A stretch of 64,000 nt of DNA, from the IMG/VR virus record IMGVR_UViG_3300033073_000410, positions 51,485 through 115,484 of that record, one strand, 5' to 3'. Shown here one piece after another: positions 38,401 to 48,342 of the stretch (position 1 is its first letter; every line of letters starts with the position of its first letter). The notes below the pieces were generated by a model. That model had not been told where the DNA came from, did not search any database, and saw only the letters and a program-made list of their open reading frames with translations. The DNA is from a virus (taxonomy: Duplodnaviria > Caudoviricetes). Position numbers and translations under genes: made by a program.

Positions 38401-40668
38401 TTAAAGTACAGGAGTTAGGTTCACTAAGAACGTTGTACCTAGGGTGTTGTTAGTAATAAAGATACCATCTACATTTGCAAACATACTGAATGTACCTGAA
38501 TCGTCTGCTAGATTTAACTCAAGTGATTTAGTCTTAACTGTAGTTGATACGGTCTTATTCCACGGAGTACCATCAGAACCTAAATCATATGTGTCACCAG
38601 TCGCTGGATTCAATCCTGTTTCATCAACTTTAACAGTTTCGATAGCAGAACCAGTACCATCATCAATCAATACAGAAACTGTATTAGTTGTGTCCATGAT
38701 ATAGATACCAGAACCTGATTGGTTAGATTTTGAAAGCAAACTTACACCAGCAGCATCAGTAGAAACAAATAGTTTATTAGTGTTACTGACAATTGACATT
38801 ACATCAATTTGTGTACCTAATGTATTATCACCGATGTTTACAGAATTACCGTGTAGCTTGTTTGTGGATACAGCACCATCACTATCTTGAAGTAACGTAG
38901 TTCCTAAGTGAATCGTTGTACCAGCAAGATACAATTCTTTCCAGCGCTTGCTTGCTGTACCTAAACTTTGAATGCCGGATGCATCAGGAATCAAGTTACC
39001 AAGAATAGATGCAGTTTGAATCTTATTAGTAGTAATTGTATTAACAACACTTGCGTTACCTGCATTCACTGTACCGGTTACACTCAACGAACTTAATGTA
39101 CCAATACCAGTAATGTTGGGTTGATTACCCACTGTTACTGTACCAGCGTATGTTGCAGTTGTTGCGTTGGCAACTATACCAGTAACGTTAGCACCGTTCA
39201 ATTGTGATAAGTTAGCACCGTTACCGACAAAGCGGGTGTTAGCTGTAATAACAGTACCAGTAATCGAACCGTTACTATTAACTTGTGCAGTAGTAACACT
39301 ACCAATTGCACGTAATGTACCAGCAAGTTGTAGTGCATTTGTCGTTAATGTACTTGTTGATTTATCGTATACTAAACCAGAGTCTGCTCCGAAGTCATTG
39401 TCATCGTTGTATTGAATCTGTGTATTAGAACCAGATGGCTTGCGTAATAGTTCAGTGTTTGGTACCCAACGTAAGTTAGCTAATCCATCAGTACCTAATA
39501 GGAATCCATTGCCGCCGCCGCCAATCTTGATATTAGCAACTGCTGATCCTAAGTTAGTCACACCAGCAACAGTTAATGAAGTTAACGTACCGACGCTTGT
39601 AATATTAGGTTGTGCTTGAGTAGTTAACGTACCAGTCAATGTCTCTGCTGACACACTTGTATCAAATGTAGCATTGGAAGCAGTTACACCACCGTCAACA
39701 ATTAAACTATAATCATCAGTAGATAGAACACGGCTACCCAGTGTGATGTTACCGTTCTTGATATATAAGTTGCCCCAGCTTTGCCAGAAAGAACCTAAAT
39801 CTTTTGTACCATCTTCATCTGGTAACAATGATGTTACTACGTTTCCAGTAACATTCAATGTTCCTACATTAGCTTCGCCAGCTGTTACTAAATTCTCTGC
39901 TGTAACATTTCCAGAAGCAGTTAGTTCTCCAGTTGTAATTAAATTAGCGGCAGTTAAGTCCCCGCCGATGTTAGTTGTTGAGACTGTTGTTAATGTAGTG
40001 AACTCACCGGATGAGCGAACTGTTGCATTACCCACAGGACCAAAATGAGTTCCAACTACGTTACCTTCAATGTTACCAGTGGCAATTAAAGGTCCATCGA
40101 TAGTTAATGCATGAGTTACTTTGTTATATGTTAGGTATGCGCTACCACCAAAGTCGCCACCATCATTGAATTGAAGCTGGGTATTAGCACCACCTGGTGT
40201 TCCCTCGATTGTTACTGCACCTACAGAATCTGTCCAAGTTAGATTACCTTCACCGTCTGTTTGTAAGAACTGTCCATTAACGCCACCGATAATCGATACT
40301 GTTTCAGCTTTACCTAGTTTAAGTTTAACTTCATCAGGTCCAATTAGTTCGCCGTCCCAGTTAGTCCAAGCATTACCGACGCTGATGTTACCAGTAGCAA
40401 CTAATAGTTGTCCGGTTTGCACATCGTTTAGTGTCAATGATGTGTTAGCAACTCCTCCGATTTTACTGAAACTTAGTGTACTATGTTCAGTTAAAACTTC
40501 TGTCTGAGTAGTTGAACTCTCAGATACAGGAGGGTGGGCGATGGAGTCATCGCCGATGTATAGTTTTTGTTGATCCGTTGCATAACCAAATTCACCTGCA
40601 TCTAATTGAGGCAGGTCTACGTTTGCACCGGTTCTGTGAATGATTTTTGAGATTTGTACGATAGCCAT
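38401..40668 (-). CDS. Fibre protein, 755 aa
   Basis: N-terminal LPQLDAGEFGYATDQQKLYIG, QPNITSVGTL, PGGANTQLQFNDGG, DLGSxxxxWxxLY motifs. Confidence 0.8.
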   Translation of the reverse strand: MAIVQISKIIHRTGANVDLPQLDAGEFGYATDQQKLYIGDDSIAHPPVSESSTTQTEVLTEHSTLSFSKIGGVANTSLTLNDVQTGQLLVATGNISVGNAWTNWDGELIGPDEVKLKLGKAETVSIIGGVNGQFLQTDGEGNLTWTDSVGAVTIEGTPGGANTQLQFNDGGDFGGSAYLTYNKVTHALTIDGPLIATGNIEGNVVGTHFGPVGNATVRSSGEFTTLTTVSTTNIGGDLTAANLITTGELTASGNVTAENLVTAGEANVGTLNVTGNVVTSLLPDEDGTKDLGSFWQSWGNLYIKNGNITLGSRVLSTDDYSLIVDGGVTASNATFDTSVSAETLTGTLTTQAQPNITSVGTLTSLTVAGVTNLGSAVANIKIGGGGNGFLLGTDGLANLRWVPNTELLRKPSGSNTQIQYNDDNDFGADSGLVYDKSTSTLTTNALQLAGTLRAIGSVTTAQVNSNGSITGTVITANTRFVGNGANLSQLNGANVTGIVANATTATYAGTVTVGNQPNITGIGTLSSLSVTGTVNAGNASVVNTITTNKIQTASILGNLIPDASGIQSLGTASKRWKELYLAGTTIHLGTTLLQDSDGAVSTNKLHGNSVNIGDNTLGTQIDVMSIVSNTNKLFVSTDAAGVSLLSKSNQSGSGIYIMDTTNTVSVLIDDGTGSAIETVKVDETGLNPATGDTYDLGSDGTPWNKTVSTTVKTKSLELNLADDSGTFSMFANVDGIFITNNTLGTTFLVNLTPVL

Positions 40669-40700
40669 AGTATAATCTTTATGTGATTATACTATTTATC
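40667..40700 (-). promoter_or_regulatory. Late promoter overlapping an 11-bp hairpin that includes the start codon
   Basis: gataaATAGTATAATC-acataaa-GATTATACTATg. Confidence 0.65.
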
Positions 40701-40705
40701 ATCTA

Positions 40706-41392
40706 TTATACGAACTGGGTATAGAACAATTCTAAGCGTTTGTACCACTCTTGTTGATACTTGTCGAATTCAGTACCCTCAATTATGAACTCTTGGTACA
40801 CACTGTTCGGATCACACATAAAAATGACACCTTTGCGGATTTTTGTTCCGTGTAACTCGTTATGTGCTGTTGCATACGCCGCAAGTTGGATAAAGTAGTC
40901 ATCAATCCATTCTCTTTTCTTGGGTTTATTAGTCTGCTTATGATCCATGATAGATTCACTGCCATCATGCACACCGACCAAATCAGTCGTTCCAGCATAG
41001 ACACCAGGAAAGTATAACGGAACCTCCGTACCCCAGAACTCAGAGCAATTACATAGACCTTGCCTGATAATTGAGTCAGCCATTGAATGGCTCTGTATAC
41101 TATATGGATTTGATCCTGGGACACCTATCGCTCCTGTCTTTACATAATCTTCAAGCCACTTGTGCATACGAGTTCCTCGTCCAGCGGCTTCTGTTGTAAT
41201 CTCTTGTGCTTTCTTAGCCCCTACTCTATTACGCCAGTTTTGAAGTGCTTCTTGCTTTTCTTTAGGAGTAGTAGCTGAAAGTATAGTAGTGACTGATGGT
41301 AGTTTTTGTCCATCAGGAGTAGCATAGCGTCTGCCCTCGGGCGTATCTACTCGTTTAATCGGTTCGTATAAAAATTTATCGGGAATGTACAT
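40706..41392 (-). CDS. PD-(D/E)xK exonuclease
   Basis: PSVTTIL, RGTRMH, EVPL, AGTTD, DHKQ, QLAAY. Confidence 0.88.
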   Translation of the reverse strand: MYIPDKFLYEPIKRVDTPEGRRYATPDGQKLPSVTTILSATTPKEKQEALQNWRNRVGAKKAQEITTEAAGRGTRMHKWLEDYVKTGAIGVPGSNPYSIQSHSMADSIIRQGLCNCSEFWGTEVPLYFPGVYAGTTDLVGVHDGSESIMDHKQTNKPKKREWIDDYFIQLAAYATAHNELHGTKIRKGVIFMCDPNSVYQEFIIEGTEFDKYQQEWYKRLELFYTQFV

Positions 41393-41398
41393 ATGGAA

Positions 41399-41428
41399 AT
41401 TGTACTACGAATTTCTTCATAGTACAAT
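41399..41428 (-). promoter_or_regulatory. Palindromic sigma70-type promoter, predicted leaderless
   Basis: TTGTAC-N17-TACAAT-N6-ATG; ATTGTACTA...TAGTACAAT inverted repeat. Confidence 0.6.
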
Positions 41429-41436
41429 CTAATTGG

Positions 41437-41735
41437 TTAACCGACTTGTTTGCTTGCCATTTGCTGTCGAATCTTTGCGTTTTCGTCAGCATCGCCTTCT
41501 GGCGGTTCGTCTGGTTCTTGTGTTTTAAATGTTACTTCATGTGCGTTAACGTTAGCGATAATGTTTTTCAATGGGTCTTTATGCACAATGTCAAACAAAT
41601 CTTCTTTACCTAAGTTGACGCCATTTTGACGTAATAGTTTTAAGAATTCTTCTGTTGGAAGTTTCTCAGTAGAGCCTTGGACAAGTTGGTTAAGTTGAGC
41701 GGCTACACTGCGTCCGCAAACTCAAAGAGTCTCAT
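41437..41735 (-). pseudogene. Frameshifted gene of about 99 codons (MRLFEFAD / SVAAQLNQ...MASKQVG)
   Basis: ATG right after the upstream stop reaches TAG after 10 codons; a second frame of about 90 codons without its own 5' start continues to TAA at 41437. Confidence 0.7.
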
Positions 41736-41736
41736 A

Positions 41737-42474
41737 TTAACGAGTAGCTCTACCTACTGATCCCGGGATTTCTTCTGGTTCTTCTAAGTCAGCTTCTGGT
41801 TCAGTAGCTAAGTCAGGACTCATCTCAGCGCCGGCTGCTGGGTCTGCACCTAAGTCGCCGCCCATGTCATCACCCATCTCACCGCCCATATCTGCACCCA
41901 TGTCAGCACCTGCTGCCGCGCCAGTAGCATCAAAGCCACCTGCTTGACCAGTGATAACACCTAATGCACCGCTTAGACCTGTCTTAGAACCTGTCAAGGC
42001 TGCTTGCAATGAAGTCAATGCTTGAGTAACTTGGTCGTTGAATTGTTGACCTTCGTTTGTACCAACTTCACTGTTGACACCGTCGACAACTGCTGGTAAT
42101 TCTTTAACTAGCATGTCAGATACTTGCTCAACCATCTTCTGGATTGAGTCAACCATCTCTTGTGCTGCCAAGATAACTTGTGACTTCTCAACTTGCTCGT
42201 TTTCTACAACGATACGTTGATTGTACATTGGCATTGCTTTCAAATCACCATAGTGATGTGTCAATGCTTGTTCCATGAATACTAGTTTCAAGTATGCTGG
42301 ATTGTGTTGTGATTCGACACTCTTGCTTTCGCGGATTAGACCCTTAACTTTATTAAGCATTTTCTTTGTTTCGAAAAGGCCCAATTGGTCTACATTGAAC
42401 TTCGTATTGAAGTGTTCTTCCAACGCTCTCTTAGCGACTGAAGTTGGATTGTTGTTAAATTCTGATAGTTTCAT
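41737..42474 (-). CDS. Putative head scaffold/core-like protein
   Basis: Helical with an acidic Gly/Met tail; late box and RBS. Confidence 0.55.
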   Translation of the reverse strand: MKLSEFNNNPTSVAKRALEEHFNTKFNVDQLGLFETKKMLNKVKGLIRESKSVESQHNPAYLKLVFMEQALTHHYGDLKAMPMYNQRIVVENEQVEKSQVILAAQEMVDSIQKMVEQVSDMLVKELPAVVDGVNSEVGTNEGQQFNDQVTQALTSLQAALTGSKTGLSGALGVITGQAGGFDATGAAAGADMGADMGGEMGDDMGGDLGADPAAGAEMSPDLATEPEADLEEPEEIPGSVGRATR

Positions 42475-42517
42475 AGTTTTTCCCTAAAGAACTGATATAG
42501 TATTTATCAGTTTCAAA

Positions 42518-43006
42518 TTATTTAGTAGCCTGACGGAACACGTTGTTCTGCCAGTTTTTAGCGAACCTAACATACTCGTTTATCTCACGGGATGCTAGTT
42601 CTTGCTTTACCAAATCTTCCCCGATTTTAGTCTTAAACAAGACGTATGTATCGATATCTTTTGCTTTTTGAAGCAATTTAGAATGCTGTTTATACTGGAT
42701 TTTCGAGTCCTCTAACTGCTTGTCTAGTTGACAAATTCTGTTAGCGTCCCAGATTCTGTTCAATTTGTCAAATGTAGACCATGCGACTGCATATCTCAAA
42801 TCAGAGAATTCAGCATTCCCATCCACATTAGTTTTAGTTACACTGTATACTGAATCAATCTTGTCAATGGTATACTGCCCAAATAACTTATACTGATTCC
42901 CCTCTTTATAGATAATCTTACTCTCAATCTGATTGAAAGTAGTATCCTTAATAATATCATGTAGAACGTGATAGAATCGTTTCTCTTTTGCTTTAGATAA
43001 TTTCAA
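42518..43006 (-). CDS. Hypothetical protein
   Basis: ORF. Confidence 0.7.
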   Translation of the reverse strand: MKLSKAKEKRFYHVLHDIIKDTTFNQIESKIIYKEGNQYKLFGQYTIDKIDSVYSVTKTNVDGNAEFSDLRYAVAWSTFDKLNRIWDANRICQLDKQLEDSKIQYKQHSKLLQKAKDIDTYVLFKTKIGEDLVKQELASREINEYVRFAKNWQNNVFRQATK

Positions 43007-43442
43007 AATGAATATTCCTTAATTCTGAACTCGAATCTAAAAAGTTGGGCAATTTGTCCCATTCCCCGAGATTCTTAATCATAGGCACACCGTCACAGTC
43101 AGAGTATAATGCGCCCAAGTCGTTGATTCCGTCACTATATACGTTGTCATAATTGACGGTAAAATCGAACGTCCAGGCCATTTGTGCTTCCTCTTGGTCG
43201 AACAAAAAGCCAAACATATCTATATCATCAAACACGATAATCTCTTGTGTGGGAATAGTTATATCTTCGGGCTGTGTCCTCAATGAGATAACTTGAATTA
43301 TAGTGTCAAAGTTACTTTGACTGTTTCTGTTCTTCTCCCACTCAGATACTTTTTCTAAGGGTATACCAGCCGGAGTTCTGCGGTTAGGTACCCCGGTTTT
43401 GTTAATGTTAAACAATGTGGTACATCTAATCTTGGTTGTCAT
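42993..43442 (-). CDS. Hypothetical late protein
   Basis: ORF; TATAAATA 5 nt before ATG. Confidence 0.7.
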   Translation of the reverse strand: MTTKIRCTTLFNINKTGVPNRRTPAGIPLEKVSEWEKNRNSQSNFDTIIQVISLRTQPEDITIPTQEIIVFDDIDMFGFLFDQEEAQMAWTFDFTVNYDNVYSDGINDLGALYSDCDGVPMIKNLGEWDKLPNFLDSSSELRNIHFEII

Positions 43443-43460
43443 ACTGATATTTATAGCGGT

Positions 43461-43491
43461 AAAAAAGCCCCTAGATTTTAGGGGCTGTTTT
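43461..43491 (-). terminator. Intrinsic terminator
   Basis: AGCCCCTA stem followed by a T-tract on the minus strand. Confidence 0.8.
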
Positions 43492-43509
43492 AATTAACTT
43501 ACGTTAATA

Positions 43510-43788
43510 TTAGAATGTTACGTCAGCAACAGTGAAAGTTGCGCCACCAGCAGACAAGCTACCGTTTTCAACGCCTTGACCTTCAACCAACATACGAACT
43601 ACGTCAGAAACGCCAGCTTCGAATGCGCCAATCATCATAATTGTGTTCAATTGAGCAACTGAAGTTACCAAAGCATCTAATTCTGCTTGAGTAATGTTTG
43701 TCTTAGAGAAAGACTTCAATGAGTATTCTTGACGACCAACTGCTGAGAATGGACCTGTTTGTCCGTGTACACGATTTGTATAAGCCAT
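43510..43788 (-). CDS. Small abundant virion protein (capsid-decoration-like?)
   Basis: Has its own late promoter, 5' hairpin, AAGGA RBS and terminator. Confidence 0.55.
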   Translation of the reverse strand: MAYTNRVHGQTGPFSAVGRQEYSLKSFSKTNITQAELDALVTSVAQLNTIMMIGAFEAGVSDVVRMLVEGQGVENGSLSAGGATFTVADVTF

Positions 43789-43833
43789 GATATTTTCCTT
43801 TAAAAGTTGAATCCTATAGATTCATACACTTAT

Positions 43834-44082
43834 TTATGCCTCTTCGTCATTTTTCTTGAGGCTCTTGGCGAACCTAGACTGGTCCCTAGCTTTGATTGCG
43901 CTCAGTAATTTACGCTCTAAAATCTGTGCTTTTTCAGGATCATAGTGCTTGTTAATCATTTCGATTAAGTTGATGGCACTAGTGATAATGTTGTGGGCAC
44001 GGCTTTCGATGATGTGCTTGGTATCTCGGTTTTTACCAAGGTCTTCTAATTCTTCGAGCAGGCTACGGGTTTTGCGTTGCAT
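43834..44082 (-). CDS. Hypothetical protein, 82 aa
   Basis: ORF with late box. Confidence 0.7.
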   Translation of the reverse strand: MQRKTRSLLEELEDLGKNRDTKHIIESRAHNIITSAINLIEMINKHYDPEKAQILERKLLSAIKARDQSRFAKSLKKNDEEA

Positions 44083-44106
44083 AATTAAGTCCCTATTTTA
44101 TATTTA

Positions 44107-45564
44107 TCACTTTTTCAGATTGTTTAGCATTGCTCTGAGTTTTGAACCCTGAACGTCTACTACAACTTTCTTTTCTAGGGGCTGTAAAACTTCCCCTGTA
44201 GTCTGGTCAATAATCGGTTCACTAGAAGTCAATGTTGCTTGAGGTTTCAACTGACTCATAATGTCGTTGGGGCTAGGACTTGGTCTATACTTGGCTTGCT
44301 GTTCAGCATATCCGTCAGGATCTGAGTCTGAAATACGCATAGTTTCCATATCATAGTCCAAGTCAATCTTCATACCTACACCAGTAGAACTACGTGACTT
44401 CATACATTGAATCTGATACTTACCACGTTCACGCATACTACGTGAAGTGAAGATACCGAACACGTTATCCGCTGTGTTAATCTTTGAGATACCACCTGCA
44501 ATGTGACTGTGGTCGAATTCAATTTCGTCAACAGCACTACGGTTCAACTGACTAGCTGTAACTAACAAGATTCCCATCTCTTTCGCTAAGTTACGTAATT
44601 CTTCTGCTACATACTTGTCTTTAATAAACTGGTCGTTAGGGTTAACTTTAACTGATACCGGCATCACCAAGTCAAGATAGTCAACCATAACAAAGTCAAC
44701 TTTGATACCTGTTTGAATCTGTACTTCTTTCAAGTAACTACGAATATCGTTTACGTTACTTTGTGCTGGTAATGCTTTAACACGATACTTACCTGAGTTC
44801 TTACCAACCATTCTAACTTTCAAGTCAGTAGTGTCGATATCCTTGCGAATCATCTTCGTACCAGTCTCTGTCAACATCGCATCAGTACGCAAACTTGTTA
44901 GTTCTTCTGAAAGTTCAAGTGTGATGTAAACACCGCTCATACCTACTTGCAACCAGTTCAAAGCCAAGTTCATCATAACAAGAGACTTACCTGAACCTGA
45001 GCCACCTGCAAAGATATTCAGTTCACCACGGCTCATGCCACCATAGAGAATCTTATCCATCTGAGGCCAACCAGTAGATACTTGTCCACCTGCGTTAAAG
45101 TATTTGTTGATACGTGCTTTAGGATCAGCAAAGTAATCGGTACCCATGTCTTTCTGTAGACTGATTTGCACAGCATCTTTGATTAGCTTCTCAACTGGTG
45201 CAAAGTCGCCCTTCTCAAGCATATCAGCTGCCTTAAGAATCGCTCGTTCTAGTTCTTGTCGTTTAGTAAACGCTTCAAATGCATCTAAGAACCAATCACT
45301 ATGTCCCTCATTGAGTTCAGGAATAGGTTCAAGTTCTACACCTGTCATCGCTTTGATTTGAGTTTGTTCAGGTAGAACTTTATACTTGTCAGTATGCTCT
45401 TTAAACATCTCCGCGACTGGGCGCAAACTCTTGTCAAAGTTTTCGCTATTCATAATGTTCATAACCCGAGTATACAACTCGGCGTTAGTTATCATCATTC
45501 GCAAGAATAGTTTTTGTACGTCTGGTGTGTATTCTATTTGTTTAGAATCCGTTTTGTTTGCCAA
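44107..45564 (-). CDS. Replicative DnaB-family helicase (T4 gp41-like)
   Basis: STGW, GGSGSGKS, ITLEL, VDYL, TASQLNR, KSR. Confidence 0.92.
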   Translation of the reverse strand: MANKTDSKQIEYTPDVQKLFLRMMITNAELYTRVMNIMNSENFDKSLRPVAEMFKEHTDKYKVLPEQTQIKAMTGVELEPIPELNEGHSDWFLDAFEAFTKRQELERAILKAADMLEKGDFAPVEKLIKDAVQISLQKDMGTDYFADPKARINKYFNAGGQVSTGWPQMDKILYGGMSRGELNIFAGGSGSGKSLVMMNLALNWLQVGMSGVYITLELSEELTSLRTDAMLTETGTKMIRKDIDTTDLKVRMVGKNSGKYRVKALPAQSNVNDIRSYLKEVQIQTGIKVDFVMVDYLDLVMPVSVKVNPNDQFIKDKYVAEELRNLAKEMGILLVTASQLNRSAVDEIEFDHSHIAGGISKINTADNVFGIFTSRSMRERGKYQIQCMKSRSSTGVGMKIDLDYDMETMRISDSDPDGYAEQQAKYRPSPSPNDIMSQLKPQATLTSSEPIIDQTTGEVLQPLEKKVVVDVQGSKLRAMLNNLKK

Positions 45565-46522
45565 TCTTCTTCCTCTGTAATTCTAGTTTTATCTTAGACA
45601 TTGTAGCATTTTGTAGTATACTAAGTAAAGTAGGTAGTTTGCCGTATTTGACTACAGCATCATTCACATCCTTAACGCCCGGTTCCCAGTTAGGTATACT
45701 TACTTAATAACCCAATTCTAATGCCCTATCTATAATCTTCATCCCAGTCTTGTCAAAGTCTGGAACTACAATAATGCGTTTATTTAATGTAGCCAATAGT
45801 TGTGCTTGCTCTGGACTAATGTCATCGTGCATAATTGCTACGCCATCGATTGACAATGCATCAAAGATGCCCTCAGTTACAATGCACACTTGCCAATCAG
45901 ATTTTTGAATATCAATGTTGAACACATAACCCGGTTGCTGGTCATTGATATACTTTGGTATTCTGTTGTCAGTAAATCTACTAGTGTGTCCTACAATCTT
46001 GTTACCATATGTGTAGGGTATGATAATACGGTTAGCATACCGTTCTTTGTCATTGGGAGTTACCATAAAGGGATAACTCGTTGGATCAATGTGCCTCTTC
46101 TGTAGATACTCTACGAAGGGTTTATGTCTTACATCATCAACGTTTAATAACTCAGCGTTGGGCAAGTCTTTTGACTTGAACTTGATACGGTCACGTTTCT
46201 TTTTGGGCTGGGTGAAGTCTAATAAGTCTTTGTTCTGTAGACTTTCTAAGTTCCATCGTTGTACTTGGTCTTCATCTGCTCCGCACCATTTTAAAAAATC
46301 TCTAGCCTTAGGGCTAATAGTTTTACCTAAAATGAAATTGCAACTAAAGCCACAATTGAAACAATGCATAACCCAGTTTGTGGGTCCATCAAACTTAATC
46401 CCACCTCGACTTCTACGGTCAGGTTTATGTCCGCGGTGTCCACAACAAACAGCGTTGAAACTTGTCCAGCCGCTACCCGTTAGTTTTTTCTTACCAGGGA
46501 TTAATGATATGATATCGAACAT
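45542..46522 (-). CDS. DNA primase (T4 gp61-like) interrupted by an in-frame TAA at 45704-45706
   Basis: Zn finger (CC...HCFNC), KYIN, TOPRIM EGIFD and PDFD; after the stop the frame continues VSIPNWEPGVKDVNDA. Confidence 0.85.
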
Positions 46523-46528
46523 ACTACT

Positions 46529-46557
46529 ATTTTAGCATAGTATGTATCAGATTACAA
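46529..46557 (-). promoter_or_regulatory. sigma70-type promoter, predicted leaderless (primase-helicase)
   Basis: TTGTAA-N17-TAAAAT-N6-ATG. Confidence 0.6.
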
Positions 46558-46570
46558 CGATATCGGTATA

Positions 46571-47323
46571 TTATCTCAATAGAATTTTGGTTGCATTACC
46601 ATTTGCACTGTCTGCAAACTTGATACGCACACGTGCGTGAAAGCCTTCGATAGTGTAGTATACAGTTCCATTCTGTGTCTCGTACACATATGGTTCACCA
46701 ATGTCATACCAATCAGTATCAGTTAGTGTGGTCCCCTCAAACTGTACATTACCAGTATAGTCAGTGAAGTAAATTTGAGTAGTTAGTAATGGGTTACCAT
46801 CTGTTAGATACTCGCCACTATAGTAAGTTACAGGTGCATAGTGTACTGCTTCTCTATGTGATTCGATAGTGATAGTATCGCTTGCTTGATGTTTAGGTTT
46901 GACACTATCAACAACTTTGATTGTACCTCTTGCACCCGAATTAGCATCAACAAAGACAGGTAAATCAAACTCACCCTCAGGGATTTCTAATGAATAGAAT
47001 CCGGGTTGAGATTCAATATCATGCAAATCATCTTGGTGAAGTTGTAATTCTGCTAGTCCTTTTAAAGGAAGCAAAGGTGTTAAGGTCTTACGGATTAGTT
47101 CAACTGTTCCGTCATGACTAATGATTCTGCAAGTAATCTCTTTGTCTGTGATATCCACAGGCTTCTGTTCCTGATTAATGAATTGGAATTGAAGTCTGTT
47201 ATCAACGCCCTTATGTAATGTTAGATTTTTAGCGTACACGGTTTGGTATCTCCTTGTTGAATCGCCAAAGTACAACACTACGGTTTGTCTTGGTATTTGA
47301 AAGTAAACTGATGTTGAGTACAC
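46571..47323 (-). CDS. Two-domain beta-rich structural-like protein
   Basis: GTG start with AGGAG RBS and late box. Confidence 0.65.
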   Translation of the reverse strand: MYSTSVYFQIPRQTVVLYFGDSTRRYQTVYAKNLTLHKGVDNRLQFQFINQEQKPVDITDKEITCRIISHDGTVELIRKTLTPLLPLKGLAELQLHQDDLHDIESQPGFYSLEIPEGEFDLPVFVDANSGARGTIKVVDSVKPKHQASDTITIESHREAVHYAPVTYYSGEYLTDGNPLLTTQIYFTDYTGNVQFEGTTLTDTDWYDIGEPYVYETQNGTVYYTIEGFHARVRIKFADSANGNATKILLR

Positions 47324-47406
47324 GAATTGGCTCCTATGCTGTATTTATGACAAATAATATATTGGGTTTGCCCAGGTGATAAATATTCCTAGTACATCTA
47401 TTTTTA

Positions 47407-47787
47407 ATGATACATAACGAATTTTTCAAGCGCCTTAGCGAAAACCACCCGTTTATCACTGTCTGCTCATATGCAGGGCAGGATTACGTGGGTATTGTCC
47501 AGAATAGGGACGATATAGTTACCACTATCTATGACTATGGGGCAATCATTGGCCCTGACCTCAGAGAGAAGTTCCTAGCACTAGGAGACATTTGGTGGTG
47601 GGAATCTAACAGATTAGTCCCAATCAATATGTTCTTAAAAGAAGAATGGGGCGTGTTCAAACCCTATCTACGAACGTTCAACAACAAAAGTTTAAACATA
47701 ATACATGGCCCCATTTGTAGTATGTTAGAATTGAATAAGCGCAAGAGCAAGCGCAAATCAATTACCCTTGTTAAAAGACTCCCGTAA
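47407..47787 (+). CDS. Hypothetical protein
   Basis: ORF; GATAAATA upstream. Confidence 0.7.
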   Translation: MIHNEFFKRLSENHPFITVCSYAGQDYVGIVQNRDDIVTTIYDYGAIIGPDLREKFLALGDIWWWESNRLVPINMFLKEEWGVFKPYLRTFNNKSLNIIHGPICSMLELNKRKSKRKSITLVKRLP

Positions 47788-48342
47788 CAAATTCATATGA
47801 ACGACAACAAGATTTGCGTAGGCGACACTATGACTTTTCTTAAACTGATATCCATCAGAACCCTTTTCCCAGACAGATTCAGAAACCGTTTTCCATGTGG
47901 AGCCAATCAAGTGGTTCTTCGCTGGGCGGATCGCCGCAAGGAACATCGCCAATCTAGGGATAGAGTTAACAGGTTCAGGCATCTTCTGAAGGCTATCATA
48001 GTGGTTAGCTAAGTGAATTAGTTGTTCGACTATCTTTCTGTCCTTCAACATATTCCAATCAGGTTCATCCATTAACTCAATCAAGTGACGTTCATCACGT
48101 ACTTTCTCATACACGTGAACGTTCAACATATCTAACTTAACATATCCGCGTTCTTCTGCTACAGTATAATCCAAGTTAGCAATGTCATTGTCACTGTCAT
48201 ACGGAATCTCAGTAACATAGATACCAGTCGCATGTTTGCGTACTGGATGCACTCTACGCATTGCCGCAGGTATATACTTGATATGTTGTAAGATATCATC
48301 ACGGTTACCGAAGTCAATATCTATGTCTGATTGAAATTTCAT
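47758..48342 (-). CDS. dnaE: DnaE-like fragment carrying the catalytic aspartates and a trimmed fingers region
   Basis: SDIDIDF, KHATGIYV, GYVKLDMLN, LAAIRPA, GYQFKKSHSVAYA. Confidence 0.87.
   Translation of the reverse strand: MKFQSDIDIDFGNRDDILQHIKYIPAAMRRVHPVRKHATGIYVTEIPYDSDNDIANLDYTVAEERGYVKLDMLNVHVYEKVRDERHLIELMDEPDWNMLKDRKIVEQLIHLANHYDSLQKMPEPVNSIPRLAMFLAAIRPAKNHLIGSTWKTVSESVWEKGSDGYQFKKSHSVAYANLVVVHMNLLRESFNKGN

Noticed and set aside
40706-41392. Cas4 / CRISPR system
   Set aside because: No four-Cys Fe-S pattern, no other cas genes and no repeat-spacer array seen
45704-45706. Genome-wide TAA reassignment (alternative genetic code)
   Set aside because: TAA is the commonest true stop here, with many TAATG couplings, and other genes are full length in code 11
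9381-48342. Cyanobacterial-type split-intein DnaE
   Set aside because: No intein N-terminal Cys block or C-terminal HN/C motif; the split point differs and both halves are much shorter
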